From the NCBI GenBank assembly GCA_003707115.1, contig PPNB01000023.1, positions 62,001 through 126,000 of the forward strand: a stretch of 64,000 nt of DNA, in the 5' to 3' direction. This document shows positions 21,226 through 31,787 of this stretch, piece after piece; the stretch's first letter is position 1, and each line of letters begins with the position of its first letter. The notes beneath the pieces are model-generated. The model was not told the origin of the DNA and did no database searches. It was given only the letters and a program-made list of their open reading frames with translations. The position numbers were made by a program, and so were the translations under genes. The stretch is from Tortispora ganteri. Its lineage: Eukaryota.

Positions 21226-22833
21226 ATGGAGATTCCTATTATTGAGTTTCTCAAAGACAGACTCTATCTGGGGGCATTCGACTATGAACCTGAAGATGAT
21301 GACCGTTATTTTTATTTCACCGTTGATGATTGTTTACTATATAATGCGTTCCATCACGATTTCGGTCCGTTTCATGTAGGCCATTTATATCGCTTTGCAG
21401 TTATGCTTCACGATTGCTTGAGTCACGACTCCGTGACGAATAAGGCTATTGTTTTTTATTCAAGAACCGATCCCAAAAGTAGAGCCAATGCCGCTTGCGT
21501 TCTGTGTTGTTACATGGTACTAATTCAGTCTTGGCCCCCTCACCTCGCTTTGGCTCCTATCTGTCAAGTGAACCCGCCATTCATGCCTTTTCGTGATGCA
21601 GGCTATTCAGTTGCTGATTTTGAAATAACTATTCAAGACACTGTCTATGGCGTTTGGCGAGCAAAAGAAAAGGGTCTTCTGGACCTTCGAAAGTTCAATC
21701 TTGAAGACTATGAACTATACGAAAGCGTCGAAATGGGAGACTTTAATGTCATAACTCCTAATTTCATCGCTTTTGCTTCTCCTCAATCTTCTGATGCCGA
21801 TTCTCAGCTCCCTCTGCCTTTCAGCATGGTGCTAGACTACTTCAAGAGTCACGATGTCGGGATGGTTTTCAGGCTGAATTCAGAATTATACAATAAGCGT
21901 GAATTCGAAAGAAGAGGTATAAAACACATCGACATGATGTTTGAAGACGGAACCTGTCCTTCTCTCGACATTGTTCGTAAGTTCATTGGAGTGTGCGACA
22001 GTTTGATCGCGGAAGGTAAAATGATTGCTGTCCACTGCAAAGCCGGCCTCGGTCGTACTGGGTGCCTGATCGGTGCTCACTTGATTTATACATATGGTTT
22101 CACAGCCCAGGAATGCATCGCATTTATGCGTTTCATGCGACCGGGTATGGTAGTTGGACCACAACAGCATTGGCTATACATGAATCAAAACGAGTTTAGA
22201 GAGTGGAAATTGACAATGTCATTAGGGGCCAGAGATCCAGAGCTTCGTGGCTATTCTAGCCTTGTTCCTTGTAAATTGGCCCAACAAGAACATTTGTCTT
22301 CTCAACCACAAACTCCAGTTCGCCATATTCTAGGCGAAAGATCACTCACCAATACCCCTCCACCTCAAGATACTGGTTCGCAACCTTTACCAGCACCGAC
22401 TCCTGGACAGCCTCGCAAGAGCCCTAATAGAGCGATCAGCAGTGTACAAGAGTCTGCTCGCAACCTTGAACGAGTTCTGTCTCAAGGACATTCAGGAAAT
22501 GATGCCGATACAACAGAAGAATTATCAAACGATGAGAATTCGTATCCTATTGCGGTAGGTAAAAACATCACTGTGGACACAACATACACTGAAGAGACCG
22601 ATATCTTGGTGGTGCACAAGACTAGAAGCACATCCACAAGCGTTTTAAATGGACGTCGAGCAGCTAGCACTGTTTCAGTTTCACCTGCAAGGGTGTCACC
22701 AAGACGGTCATCACGACGTATAGGTTCTAATGGGTCTGATACTGGATATGCGGGACTTGTTTCTCCTGGCAAGCATGGCGGAGTCAGAAAGGTTTCTACG
22801 CCTAGAGTTCGCCGTATAGTCACAGACAGTTAA
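21226..22833 (+). CDS. CDC14: Dual-specificity phosphatase Cdc14
   Basis: IEFLKDRLY, DFGP, PFRDAG, VHCKAGLGRTG and RPGMVVGPQQ motifs. Confidence 0.97.
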   Translation: MEIPIIEFLKDRLYLGAFDYEPEDDDRYFYFTVDDCLLYNAFHHDFGPFHVGHLYRFAVMLHDCLSHDSVTNKAIVFYSRTDPKSRANAACVLCCYMVLIQSWPPHLALAPICQVNPPFMPFRDAGYSVADFEITIQDTVYGVWRAKEKGLLDLRKFNLEDYELYESVEMGDFNVITPNFIAFASPQSSDADSQLPLPFSMVLDYFKSHDVGMVFRLNSELYNKREFERRGIKHIDMMFEDGTCPSLDIVRKFIGVCDSLIAEGKMIAVHCKAGLGRTGCLIGAHLIYTYGFTAQECIAFMRFMRPGMVVGPQQHWLYMNQNEFREWKLTMSLGARDPELRGYSSLVPCKLAQQEHLSSQPQTPVRHILGERSLTNTPPPQDTGSQPLPAPTPGQPRKSPNRAISSVQESARNLERVLSQGHSGNDADTTEELSNDENSYPIAVGKNITVDTTYTEETDILVVHKTRSTSTSVLNGRRAASTVSVSPARVSPRRSSRRIGSNGSDTGYAGLVSPGKHGGVRKVSTPRVRRIVTDS

Positions 22834-23155
22834 GCCATAAAGCCACGGATACTGAGAGTCGAACAGCCACACTTTAACGACCATTAAAAGGCATGGTATG
22901 TAATAAACATAAGTGAAATAAAATCGCTTTTTTAGGAAAGCTAGCCTTAAAGGATATTTACTGTAGTGTACCGAAAATGATTCAAGAGTTGTGGGTAATA
23001 AAGTTTTCAGAGAGCAGAACTTGTCTCTGTGATTGGCTGATGAAGCATTTTTTTCTCCCTTGACCACTGAAAGATCTTACATTTGCCATTAGCGATACCT
23101 ATTTACTGCGGTTTGGTTATTTAAATCTCGTAAAGAGCGAGCTTGACGCATCATA

Positions 23156-23656
23156 ATGGGTAAATCAAAAGTAGAGAAGACATCAGAGGAGGTTGTTTCT
23201 GGTAAAGAAGACAAAGATTATGAGGTAAAAGCAGCTAGGGTTGTTCCGTTTGCTTCACCACTAGCAAACAAAAAAGTGAATAACAAGGCGCTAAAGTTAG
23301 TCAAGAAGGCATCAAAAGGTAAACAAACTCGTCGTGGACTTCGTGAAGTGACCAAGGCTTTAAGAAAAGGAACTAAAGGATTGGTAATTATGGCTGGCGA
23401 TATCAGCCCTATGGATTCCATCACGCATTTGCCAGTTTTATGTGAAGACAATAAGGTACCTTATATATTTGTACCCAGCAAGGAAGACCTTGGAGCTGCA
23501 GTGTTAGGAAGCACTTCTAGTGAGAATGGTACTGTTGCCAAAAGACCTACGAGTGTTGTGATGATAATTGCGGGATCCGATAAGGGAGACTCGCTGCGTG
23601 AGTCTTATGATGAAGTTGCTAAAGCCATCAAGAAAGCCACTCCTGTGCAGTCTTAA
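23156..23656 (+). CDS. NHP2: H/ACA snoRNP protein Nhp2 (L7Ae family)
   Basis: PFASPLA, KALRKG, AGDISPMD..HLPVLCED, PSKEDLG and KRPTS motifs. Confidence 0.92.
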   Translation: MGKSKVEKTSEEVVSGKEDKDYEVKAARVVPFASPLANKKVNNKALKLVKKASKGKQTRRGLREVTKALRKGTKGLVIMAGDISPMDSITHLPVLCEDNKVPYIFVPSKEDLGAAVLGSTSSENGTVAKRPTSVVMIIAGSDKGDSLRESYDEVAKAIKKATPVQS

Positions 23657-24056
23657 TTAATGTTTAGTTCTGTAGTTATAATAACGTATGATTTGGTCGT
23701 AAAAGTAAAGAAAGTATGTGTATTATGTGGATATAAGTTGATATTTCTATTGAGTGTTCGTTAAGAAGAAAAGCCAGCTGCTTAAGCGTCAGAATGCAAT
23801 AAGAAGAGGTAAATAAGCGATTGTAAATAGCGGCATGAAAAGCCATCATAGTTGGGCAGCAAAGGAGGCAAGAATAATAGATCAAAATAGAAAAGTAATG
23901 TACCGTGTGACCGTGTTACTGAGTGTCTTGAGTAACACAAAAAGAAAACGAGTGTAACGCGCGGTAAATGCGCAAAAGTGTGTAAAATTTTGTTAGAAAG
24001 GGAGGAGCGTATACGCGTCCAGCTTCAAAAAAGAAAAAAAAGGAAGACTAGCAGAG

Positions 24057-24746
24057 CTAAGACCAGCTAGCGTTTCGAAGGCTTAGCAAGTTTTCTATGC
24101 ATTGGTAATCATCATTCGAAACGGTTGAGGCTGATCGTGAAACAGGTGCGCTCTTTCGATCGACAACTAGCACAGCTTGACCGTCTCCAGACATGTCTAG
24201 CCGAAGGTTAGAATTGATAGTTTCTAGTGGTTTTCTTTTAGGAGTTGTCGCATCAGCAAAGCTGCTTGAAGAGAAACTAGTATCTGCGGAGGACAATTCT
24301 GGTGGAGAAGACGGGACGTCAGAAGTGTTATCAGAAAGAGAAGGAGGGTTTGAAGGAATAACAGAATCATACTTAGCATCGCTTAATTGATCTAATAATG
24401 CTGGTTTGCGATTACGACGCCATGACTGCCGTCTATTTTGAAACCAGACCTGCACTGCGCGATCAGTCATGCCGGCTTTACGTGCTATATCAGACCGCAT
24501 TACCCTACTTGGTTTCTGGCAGGCCATAAATGCGCGTTCGAGAATTAGCAGCTCGTCTGGTGAAGTCCTTCGACGTCTTTTACGAGCTAGAGCTGAATTG
24601 TCAATTAGCGGTTCACCGTGTTTGCGGTACGACGAAGGCGAATGTAGAATAAAAGCGTATGATGGAGGCGATGAAGACGACTCGGCATCAGAAGACGTTC
24701 GATCTAACGCGTTTGAATGTCGCCTTAAGTCGAGAGACAGTTCCAT
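24057..24746 (-). CDS. YOX1: Yox1/Yhp1-type homeodomain repressor
   Basis: YAFILHSP..IDNSALARKRRRRTS..EL.ILE..F..VQVWFQNRRQ and a C-terminal NLLSLR; first ATG at 24746. Confidence 0.85.
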   Translation of the reverse strand: MELSLDLRRHSNALDRTSSDAESSSSPPSYAFILHSPSSYRKHGEPLIDNSALARKRRRRTSPDELLILERAFMACQKPSRVMRSDIARKAGMTDRAVQVWFQNRRQSWRRNRKPALLDQLSDAKYDSVIPSNPPSLSDNTSDVPSSPPELSSADTSFSSSSFADATTPKRKPLETINSNLRLDMSGDGQAVLVVDRKSAPVSRSASTVSNDDYQCIENLLSLRNASWS

Positions 24747-25978
24747 TGTGAATGTGAACGAAAAGCGATTCAATAGCCTGATGAAGTGAAAAAGAAGAAA
24801 CAACAATAAACGCGACACGGTTGAAATGCAAATGTCACGTGATATACGTGACAACCAAATTAAAGTTTACATTTTATGAGCATGCGAGGACAATCGGTAC
24901 TTTTTCGTTTCTTTTTTTAGCAGCGCTATGAACGATCTCTTGCGGTTGTGGAGCTGATAATAATTCAACAATAGCGCTAAAAGTAGCTATGGTTTGTAAC
25001 ATAATTATTGGCCGCAATTTAACTATTATTTGACGCGTGGTTTATCTAACAGGAAGATATGAGGTTTGATGAGATAGAATGTGGCATTGACGAGAATGTT
25101 GTTATGTGATAACCAACGGCAGGTAGTAACACTACATACATCACATTTATAACCGAAATGAGTTAATATGAGCTACGAATTATTTATTTCTATTTTATCT
25201 ATTTATATCGGTACTTGTTGTGTGAATTGCGCATAATATACTGCATTGAAGATGTGGCTTTCATCTTACGGGAGCCCCGGAGATATACGGGCACAAGAAA
25301 GTACTTTGTCGACTATCATTGTCAGAGCTCACAACTAGCAGTAGTCTGCAAGCTGCCTATATCTTCTATTTTAGTGTCTTGTGTTATATAAAAATTTCAA
25401 GATCAGAACAATTAATTAGTGAATTGATTAGATTATCTTTCGATATCTGTAGTCATAGTCTGGCTTTCTTGAAAGATACGAACTTTAATTCTAAAACGAG
25501 AAACAGTTTGACCCTAAATGAAATGTTAAAATCCCAATTAGGAGATATCTTTTAGTTAGCACTAGATAGATTTCGCATACTGTATCACAGGAACATGAAT
25601 ACTGTATCAGTATATCAGTAAGAGCTCAAAATACTTATATTAAAAAAAGGTGAACTCTTGCTAGTTTATACAGATGTGTGTATACTGCTGGCCAGTGTTA
25701 TACGGCTAACTTAGAAAGGCGAGCTCTTTAACTTCACCATGGAACAAAAAAATAGACTTTTCTTCTAGAATTTTTAAGTGCCATACTCATATATAAGACC
25801 TTGAGTTCTCTAGATTAATTAGAGAAAGATTCAGCAAGCTGCTCGTATATAGAATATTTCTAATAAGCTGATTTAATTTCTTTTAATATTATTATATTAG
25901 TAAATCAGAGATGTGAAGTACGAAGACAATAAGTGCTACTATTTCTAACTATATTAAATGCAAAAAAAGACTAACTTT

Positions 25979-26026
25979 GAACACCTCTAATTATGAACAC
26001 CGCTAATTACGAACACCACTAATTAT
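25979..26026. repeat. 16-bp tandem repeat x3 (GAACACCNCTAATTAY)
   Basis: gaacacctctaattat gaacaccgctaattac gaacaccactaattat. Confidence 0.9.
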
Positions 26027-26715
26027 ATATACCCCTTAACGATTACTAATGTATTAATGTTTTAATTTTATCAAGACAACTCGCATGTTATATATTCACT
26101 AAAATATAATAATATTTTGTATTATCTCTTATTAGTTCTAGCCACTAATATGCCTTACAGTTCTATTCAAAGGTATATCTTCTCTAAAGTTTTCGGAATT
26201 CGGTCTATCTCCTTTGAACCTTGCATCGACACTAGTTCGGTTTTTCAAACTAGCGATATATTACGACTTATGTACGGCTTTTGGAAATTCAGATCAATAT
26301 ATTCGTTTTAGGCAACAAACCATCAAGTATTTGACCAGTAAAATCATTTCTGTAGTATATAAACGTTCATATAAGACCGAGAAAATATTTCCGGTGAATG
26401 AAATTATTTCCAGTACAGTTTAATTAAACTTTGAGAAGGAAATCTTTTTTAAACCTAATTATCTCTTTACTTTTATATTACATCCCAACAACCAAGCTTG
26501 TCTACAGACTTGTCGCTTAGCTTATTTTCTCTTTTTTACAGCTTTAATATTTCGTCTCTTTCTTCATTCATTTGCTTTTGTTGAAATTTTTCATTGTATT
26601 TGAATCCCCCTTCTTCTATTTTTATTCTCGTTGAGGTCTTATAAAAGTTCTTGTGGATATTTGTAAAGCTGCTTTCTGCAACTTCTGTTTACGTTGCCCT
26701 GTTATCTGCTTCACT

Positions 26716-27966
26716 ATGTCATTAGTCTCGGAAGTCCTGCAGCCTTACCATATCCGGTCGAGCTCTTCTTCACCAAGCCGTAAAGGTGGTAAACGTCACT
26801 CTCATCGACGCTCCGCTGCCATATCCCTCGATAATATCGATCTTAGTGATCATGCATTCACCATTCCGCAGCCAAAATCTATCTCTCCTCCTACTACACC
26901 CATATTGAATGACGCAAATCCCGCTGTACTCCCTTCAGTGGCGTTAGTGCACCCTCATATTGCTAACAAACCAAAAGTCGCATTCGCTTCAGATATAGAA
27001 GTGTTCAACCACTCACCTGAACCTCATAAAAAGCTCCACTTTGCTAACGCTTCTTCCGTCTCTGTTGCACCTCCAGAACATCCCGCTGGTTCCGCCGATA
27101 TCAGCACAGTCTCTTCGCCTCTCGCATCTCCTTCAAACTCCCCGCGAAAGCACAAGAAAATTAAATCATGGGCTGACAATTTCATACGTTTTAGTCGAAA
27201 AGACAAAACTTCCGAACTCACATCTGAGAGACGCCACTCACGATCTCCATCTCGTGCGTCACTATCTCGTCTCTTCTCACGCTCTCCGTCTCCTTCCAGA
27301 AAATCACATCTGCGTGACGCTCATGAAATTGGAAATGAATGCGCAATCGACGAATGTGACGATACTTTACAGAGAACTAAAGCAGCCCAGAACTTTGCCT
27401 CTCTACCGGTTCCTGTAATCGATCTCGACCTCGCTTCTACGAAGAACGGCGTCTCTGACATAAGCCTATACAGATCGATGCATAAACGATCTGATTCAGC
27501 ACCAGAGATCGCCCAATTTTCGTTTACTGAACAAGATTTCAGCGTGTCCACGACCTCATTTAACACTAAATCTTCCGGCAAGCAGAACAGGCATTCAATG
27601 TCTACCTATCGAGATACTACTATGCACATACTTGCAGAAGTCCCTGAGCATGACCATCCTGTGGAACAAGCTAATATCTCACAAGCTTATGCGCAATCAT
27701 GTTTGACTAAACCAAGCTTATCAGGCAGTGTTGGCTCGACTGAAATGTCGAGATCCTATTTGAGCTGGCCTCGAAAGTTCCCCCCATCTCCTCCCGAGAC
27801 CCCTTGCATGGATATGGATGACTTTGAAGAGTTCGGTTGCCCTGGACCAGAACTCCGCGGTGACTACGAATCGTCCTACCGCACGCCATCTGTTTCTTCC
27901 GGGTCTATTCATCAGTCGCTCTCGTCGAAAGTTCGTGGGTTTTTCCGTAAACAGGTCCAAAACTGA
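26716..27966 (+). CDS. Ser/Pro-rich, probably disordered hypothetical protein
   Basis: Long ORF from ATG 26716 with short motifs HSHRRSAAIS, KHKKIKSWA, PVIDLD and HKRSDSAPE; no domain recognised. Confidence 0.75.
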   Translation: MSLVSEVLQPYHIRSSSSSPSRKGGKRHSHRRSAAISLDNIDLSDHAFTIPQPKSISPPTTPILNDANPAVLPSVALVHPHIANKPKVAFASDIEVFNHSPEPHKKLHFANASSVSVAPPEHPAGSADISTVSSPLASPSNSPRKHKKIKSWADNFIRFSRKDKTSELTSERRHSRSPSRASLSRLFSRSPSPSRKSHLRDAHEIGNECAIDECDDTLQRTKAAQNFASLPVPVIDLDLASTKNGVSDISLYRSMHKRSDSAPEIAQFSFTEQDFSVSTTSFNTKSSGKQNRHSMSTYRDTTMHILAEVPEHDHPVEQANISQAYAQSCLTKPSLSGSVGSTEMSRSYLSWPRKFPPSPPETPCMDMDDFEEFGCPGPELRGDYESSYRTPSVSSGSIHQSLSSKVRGFFRKQVQN

Positions 27967-28595
27967 CGTGCGACATTACATACGCGTAATGCATCCTTTA
28001 ATTACTACTACACTCATTTTTACTGGTTACTGACTATCCGCTCCTTCATTTATTCAAGAATTGTTCAGTGCTACACATGTGCAGTTCTCGTTTTTTGGTA
28101 CATTTTACAAAATATATATCGGCTATTGCCTTTTTCTATCAGTTGTTGTAGCGCAAAGTTGTTCGCAAGTACTGTGGACAAGACACACTTGCGGCGGTAG
28201 CTATAGTACAGGCTGTAACCACTTTCGCATCGCCAGTTCGACCGATATGCTATCTGTCTACATCAATCGTGGCGGAAATTTAGAATTACTACGTATATTG
28301 AGGTTTATTGAATGATAGAGCGACGAGTTTAAAGTTCCGCCCACTTCATGCTTGATTCGCAGCTTATGATTGGTCAAAGATTTGCAAAAGGTAATATTTA
28401 ATCATTGATTCGACTTTGTTGACGGCGGACAGATCGTCATTTAGTGTGAAAACTTTCTTTTAACGTTCAAGTCTCGTCCTCCTACTTATCGTGTCTGGCC
28501 CTGATTGGAATAAAGAGCTACTAAAAGTGCAATTCTACGCATTTGAACATTGTATTTACCGCGAAACATTGCATATAGTTTGTTAGAATACCTAA

Positions 28596-29918
28596 ATGGC
28601 CAAACAGACCCACCTTATTATCCTCGTACATGGACTATGGGGTAATATACACCATCTTGACGCTTTGCACGACGCTTTAACCGCACATCTCTCCAACATT
28701 CCTGCTAACAATGAAATCCAATATATAGTGCATAAATGTAGCTCTAATCAAGGAAATTTTACCTACGATGGTATAGTTCTTGGTGGCGAACGTTTAGCCA
28801 GCGAGATACGCAGTTTGCAAGACGCTTACGCTGACTCCAACGCCCCGGTCACAATGTTGTCTATAGCGGGATATTCACTCGGAGGTCTCATTTCTCGGTA
28901 TGCAATTGGCTGCCTCTACAAAGACTTTGAGGCCGGACTCAGGTTAGTTAATTTCACTACGTTTGGATCACCGCACGTGGGAATTCGTTTTATCCCCGAG
29001 CTCGAGCGGTCAGTCTCGCGGTTCTACAGCGGTGTGCTCAATTTCATTGCCCCTCGCATCCTCTCAGCCACAGGCGCGCAGCTATTTCTACACGACAGAA
29101 ATGACCACATCAGTAAAGACCCACTGTTGCTTCTGATGTCTCAGAAATCGTCAATCTTTTACAAAGCACTGGCCAAGGCAGAACATCTATCTCTGTATAG
29201 CAATATTATTGGCGACCGATGTTCCTGGTTCACTGCTGCTATTTCGCACACAGACCCGTATGCACTTTTATACTCCGTACCACGAACGACTGAACATGAC
29301 CCGCGGTCAGAAGTGGCACTTAGTATTCCTTCTGTCAAAGGATATGAACCCGTTATCATCGACCCCGGTCTACCAGTGCGTTTAGTGCACAACGTACGCG
29401 GGCGACGTAGAATAGGTAGCCTTGAAGAAGTGAAGGCTGCAGGTTCCAGGGTTGGACACTGGTTTAAATCGTTGCTGCTCATATTAGTATTTGCACCCGT
29501 GTTCAGCATATTCCTTATCGCGATGCTCAAAATTAAGAGCATATTCAGCAGGAACAGACTCACTAAATTCAAGGAAAGTAACATCTCGATATTGACTGAG
29601 CAGGAGTACATCTGGGTTGAAGATCAAATCCAAGGTACTTTTGACATAGTCGAAGGCACTCCACAAACCGATATTGACAATATCGAGACCGTCGCTGAAG
29701 ATGACAACAGAGTACTGCCGCTTAAACTGTCATTATCGCCAGAACAGCACAAGATCATCGATAATTTGAATTCTTTGCCTTGGAAAAAGTATGGATGCCA
29801 CATATCTAATACTGATCATACGCACCGTGCAATGATTATGCGTGATGAAGGTATCCGTGCCTATGAAGAAGGAAAGTACTGCATTAAACACTGGGTTGAC
29901 CACTTTGTCACCGAATAA
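28596..29918 (+). CDS. LPL1: DUF676 lipase, lipid-droplet phospholipase-like
   Basis: HLIILVHGLWGN, TYDGI..GERL, GYSLGG nucleophile elbow, FGSPHVG, and a hydrophobic hairpin near the C-terminus. Confidence 0.75.
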   Translation: MAKQTHLIILVHGLWGNIHHLDALHDALTAHLSNIPANNEIQYIVHKCSSNQGNFTYDGIVLGGERLASEIRSLQDAYADSNAPVTMLSIAGYSLGGLISRYAIGCLYKDFEAGLRLVNFTTFGSPHVGIRFIPELERSVSRFYSGVLNFIAPRILSATGAQLFLHDRNDHISKDPLLLLMSQKSSIFYKALAKAEHLSLYSNIIGDRCSWFTAAISHTDPYALLYSVPRTTEHDPRSEVALSIPSVKGYEPVIIDPGLPVRLVHNVRGRRRIGSLEEVKAAGSRVGHWFKSLLLILVFAPVFSIFLIAMLKIKSIFSRNRLTKFKESNISILTEQEYIWVEDQIQGTFDIVEGTPQTDIDNIETVAEDDNRVLPLKLSLSPEQHKIIDNLNSLPWKKYGCHISNTDHTHRAMIMRDEGIRAYEEGKYCIKHWVDHFVTE

Positions 29919-30122
29919 CTTGTGAACTCTCTTAAAATGGACAGTAATGACAACATATCTGTCAACAAAGTATAGAAAAGAACACATATATACTTTCTGC
30001 AACATATTTTTGTTCCATCACATGCATGTAACATCACCACCTTACCCACTGCCTAACGTCAATCTACCAAGCCCATCCTTATCTAATACCACCACAACCA
30101 TAAAGATCCAACAAATCTCTCC

Positions 30123-31493
30123 ATGGAGGCAAATCACCTCACTTTTCGTGCTATACTAGTTATTTTAGTGGCATGTATGGGCTCATTACAATACGGCTAT
30201 CATTTAGCTGAACTGAATGCCCCTGGATCTGTAATGACATGTACATCTGGATCATCGGTCAATTGTCTGCGAATATCGCCACAGGGCTACGGCTTTGTTA
30301 CGTCAGTGTTCAATGCCGGCGGACTTATTGGAGCTTTAACTGCCGCTAGAATATCAGGGAAATTTGGGAGACGACGTGCTTCATTCTTCGCGTCTCTTAT
30401 GTTCTTGGTCGGATCGTCTGTCATGGCTGCGGCGCAGTCGGTCGCTGTCCTGGCACTGGGCCGCATACTAGCAGGTCTGGGTGCAGGAATTGCTATTGTT
30501 AATACACCTATATACATTGCTGAAATTGCGCCTGTTGCGTATAAAGGCATTCTGGGTACGATGAACCAGGTGTTCATCAACATAGGTATCCTTTTGGCCC
30601 AGATTCTGGGCGTGTTCTGGGCTACCTCTCTGCTTTGGAGAAGAATATTATGGACTGGAGCCATAGTAGCCGCTTTAAATGCAGTTTTTGTTTTACTGCT
30701 AGCAATTGAATCCCCTCGTTGGTTCGTCCTCAGAGGCCAGATAGCGGAAGCAAAGAAAGCGTTCAGTGCCATACACAGCGGTAATGCTAGAAACACAGAA
30801 TCTCATGATAGCCTGTTGGAAGCTCAGCATACTGAACCAATATCTTCAGCTGGATCGCTTGTATCACTTAAGACATTTGTTATTGCCTCAATATTTAGAA
30901 AACCGTTTGTTGCAGTAGCAGGTCTTAATGCTGTGCAACAACTATCGGGCATTAATGTCATTGTATTTTACGGTGTCACAGTACTTGCCAAAATAATCCC
31001 ACAGAATTCTGCAGTAATCAACTGTATTATCTCCACTGTGAATCTACTGGTTACTGTCATAGCGTCACCGTCTGTCGAGAAATACGGCAGAAAACCACTC
31101 CTTCTCGGTTCCATAGCAGGAATGGGAATATGTGCAGCTACTCTTGGTGCGGCTATGATAAAGCAGCACACAATTATCTCCTGTGTCTCTTCGATATTGT
31201 TTGTCGCGTTCTACGCGATCGGCTTAGGTCCTATTCCGTTCTATCTCGTTTCAGAGATAACACCTCACAATGCGATTGGCGCTGCTCAAAGTGTAGGCAT
31301 GAGCTTCAATTGGACAGTCTCGTTCTTTGTGGCATATTTGTTTCCTCTGCTAGAAAGTTTGCTATCTGGTTACGTCTTTTTTGTCTTTACCGCACTAGGC
31401 TTGATTTCCTTTATCTTCGTATCCCTATTCATCCCAGAAACAAAGGGCAAGAAATCTCCTGAGGAAGTCTGGAGCACTTCTCCGACTTATTAA
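30123..31493 (+). CDS. MFS sugar-porter family transporter (YBR241C/Vps73-like)
   Basis: GSLQYGYHLAELNAP, FGRR, IESPRW, QQLSGIN, YGRKPLLL, GLGPIPF and PETKG motifs. Confidence 0.88.
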   Translation: MEANHLTFRAILVILVACMGSLQYGYHLAELNAPGSVMTCTSGSSVNCLRISPQGYGFVTSVFNAGGLIGALTAARISGKFGRRRASFFASLMFLVGSSVMAAAQSVAVLALGRILAGLGAGIAIVNTPIYIAEIAPVAYKGILGTMNQVFINIGILLAQILGVFWATSLLWRRILWTGAIVAALNAVFVLLLAIESPRWFVLRGQIAEAKKAFSAIHSGNARNTESHDSLLEAQHTEPISSAGSLVSLKTFVIASIFRKPFVAVAGLNAVQQLSGINVIVFYGVTVLAKIIPQNSAVINCIISTVNLLVTVIASPSVEKYGRKPLLLGSIAGMGICAATLGAAMIKQHTIISCVSSILFVAFYAIGLGPIPFYLVSEITPHNAIGAAQSVGMSFNWTVSFFVAYLFPLLESLLSGYVFFVFTALGLISFIFVSLFIPETKGKKSPEEVWSTSPTY

Positions 31494-31787
31494 TGGCAAA
31501 GACTGTATATGATTTTTTATTGCATATATCTTCACAGAGATGATCAGAAATATTTCTGTGGTATGTCATATGACCTTTATCGATCGCCTATACGATCCTA
31601 ATGCGGCTAGACTTTAAGGTTTCTGTTACCAACTCCACTTTGCGCACCTACAAGCTTTCTTCATTGCACCTCCTACTCACTGTTTTATACGATAATCTGT
31701 CTCAAGTAAGACGCTCAAGTCACGCTTTCTATACTTATTCAGTTGAAAATAAAAAGCAACCAAGTTACTCTCTAGGTTCTTGGCATA

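Noticed and set aside
23913..23938. 8-bp inverted repeats (GTGTTACT/AGTAACAC; also TGCGCATT/AATGCGCA at 41238-41260)
   Set aside because: Several 8-bp stems are expected by chance in 64 kb, and there is no supporting context.
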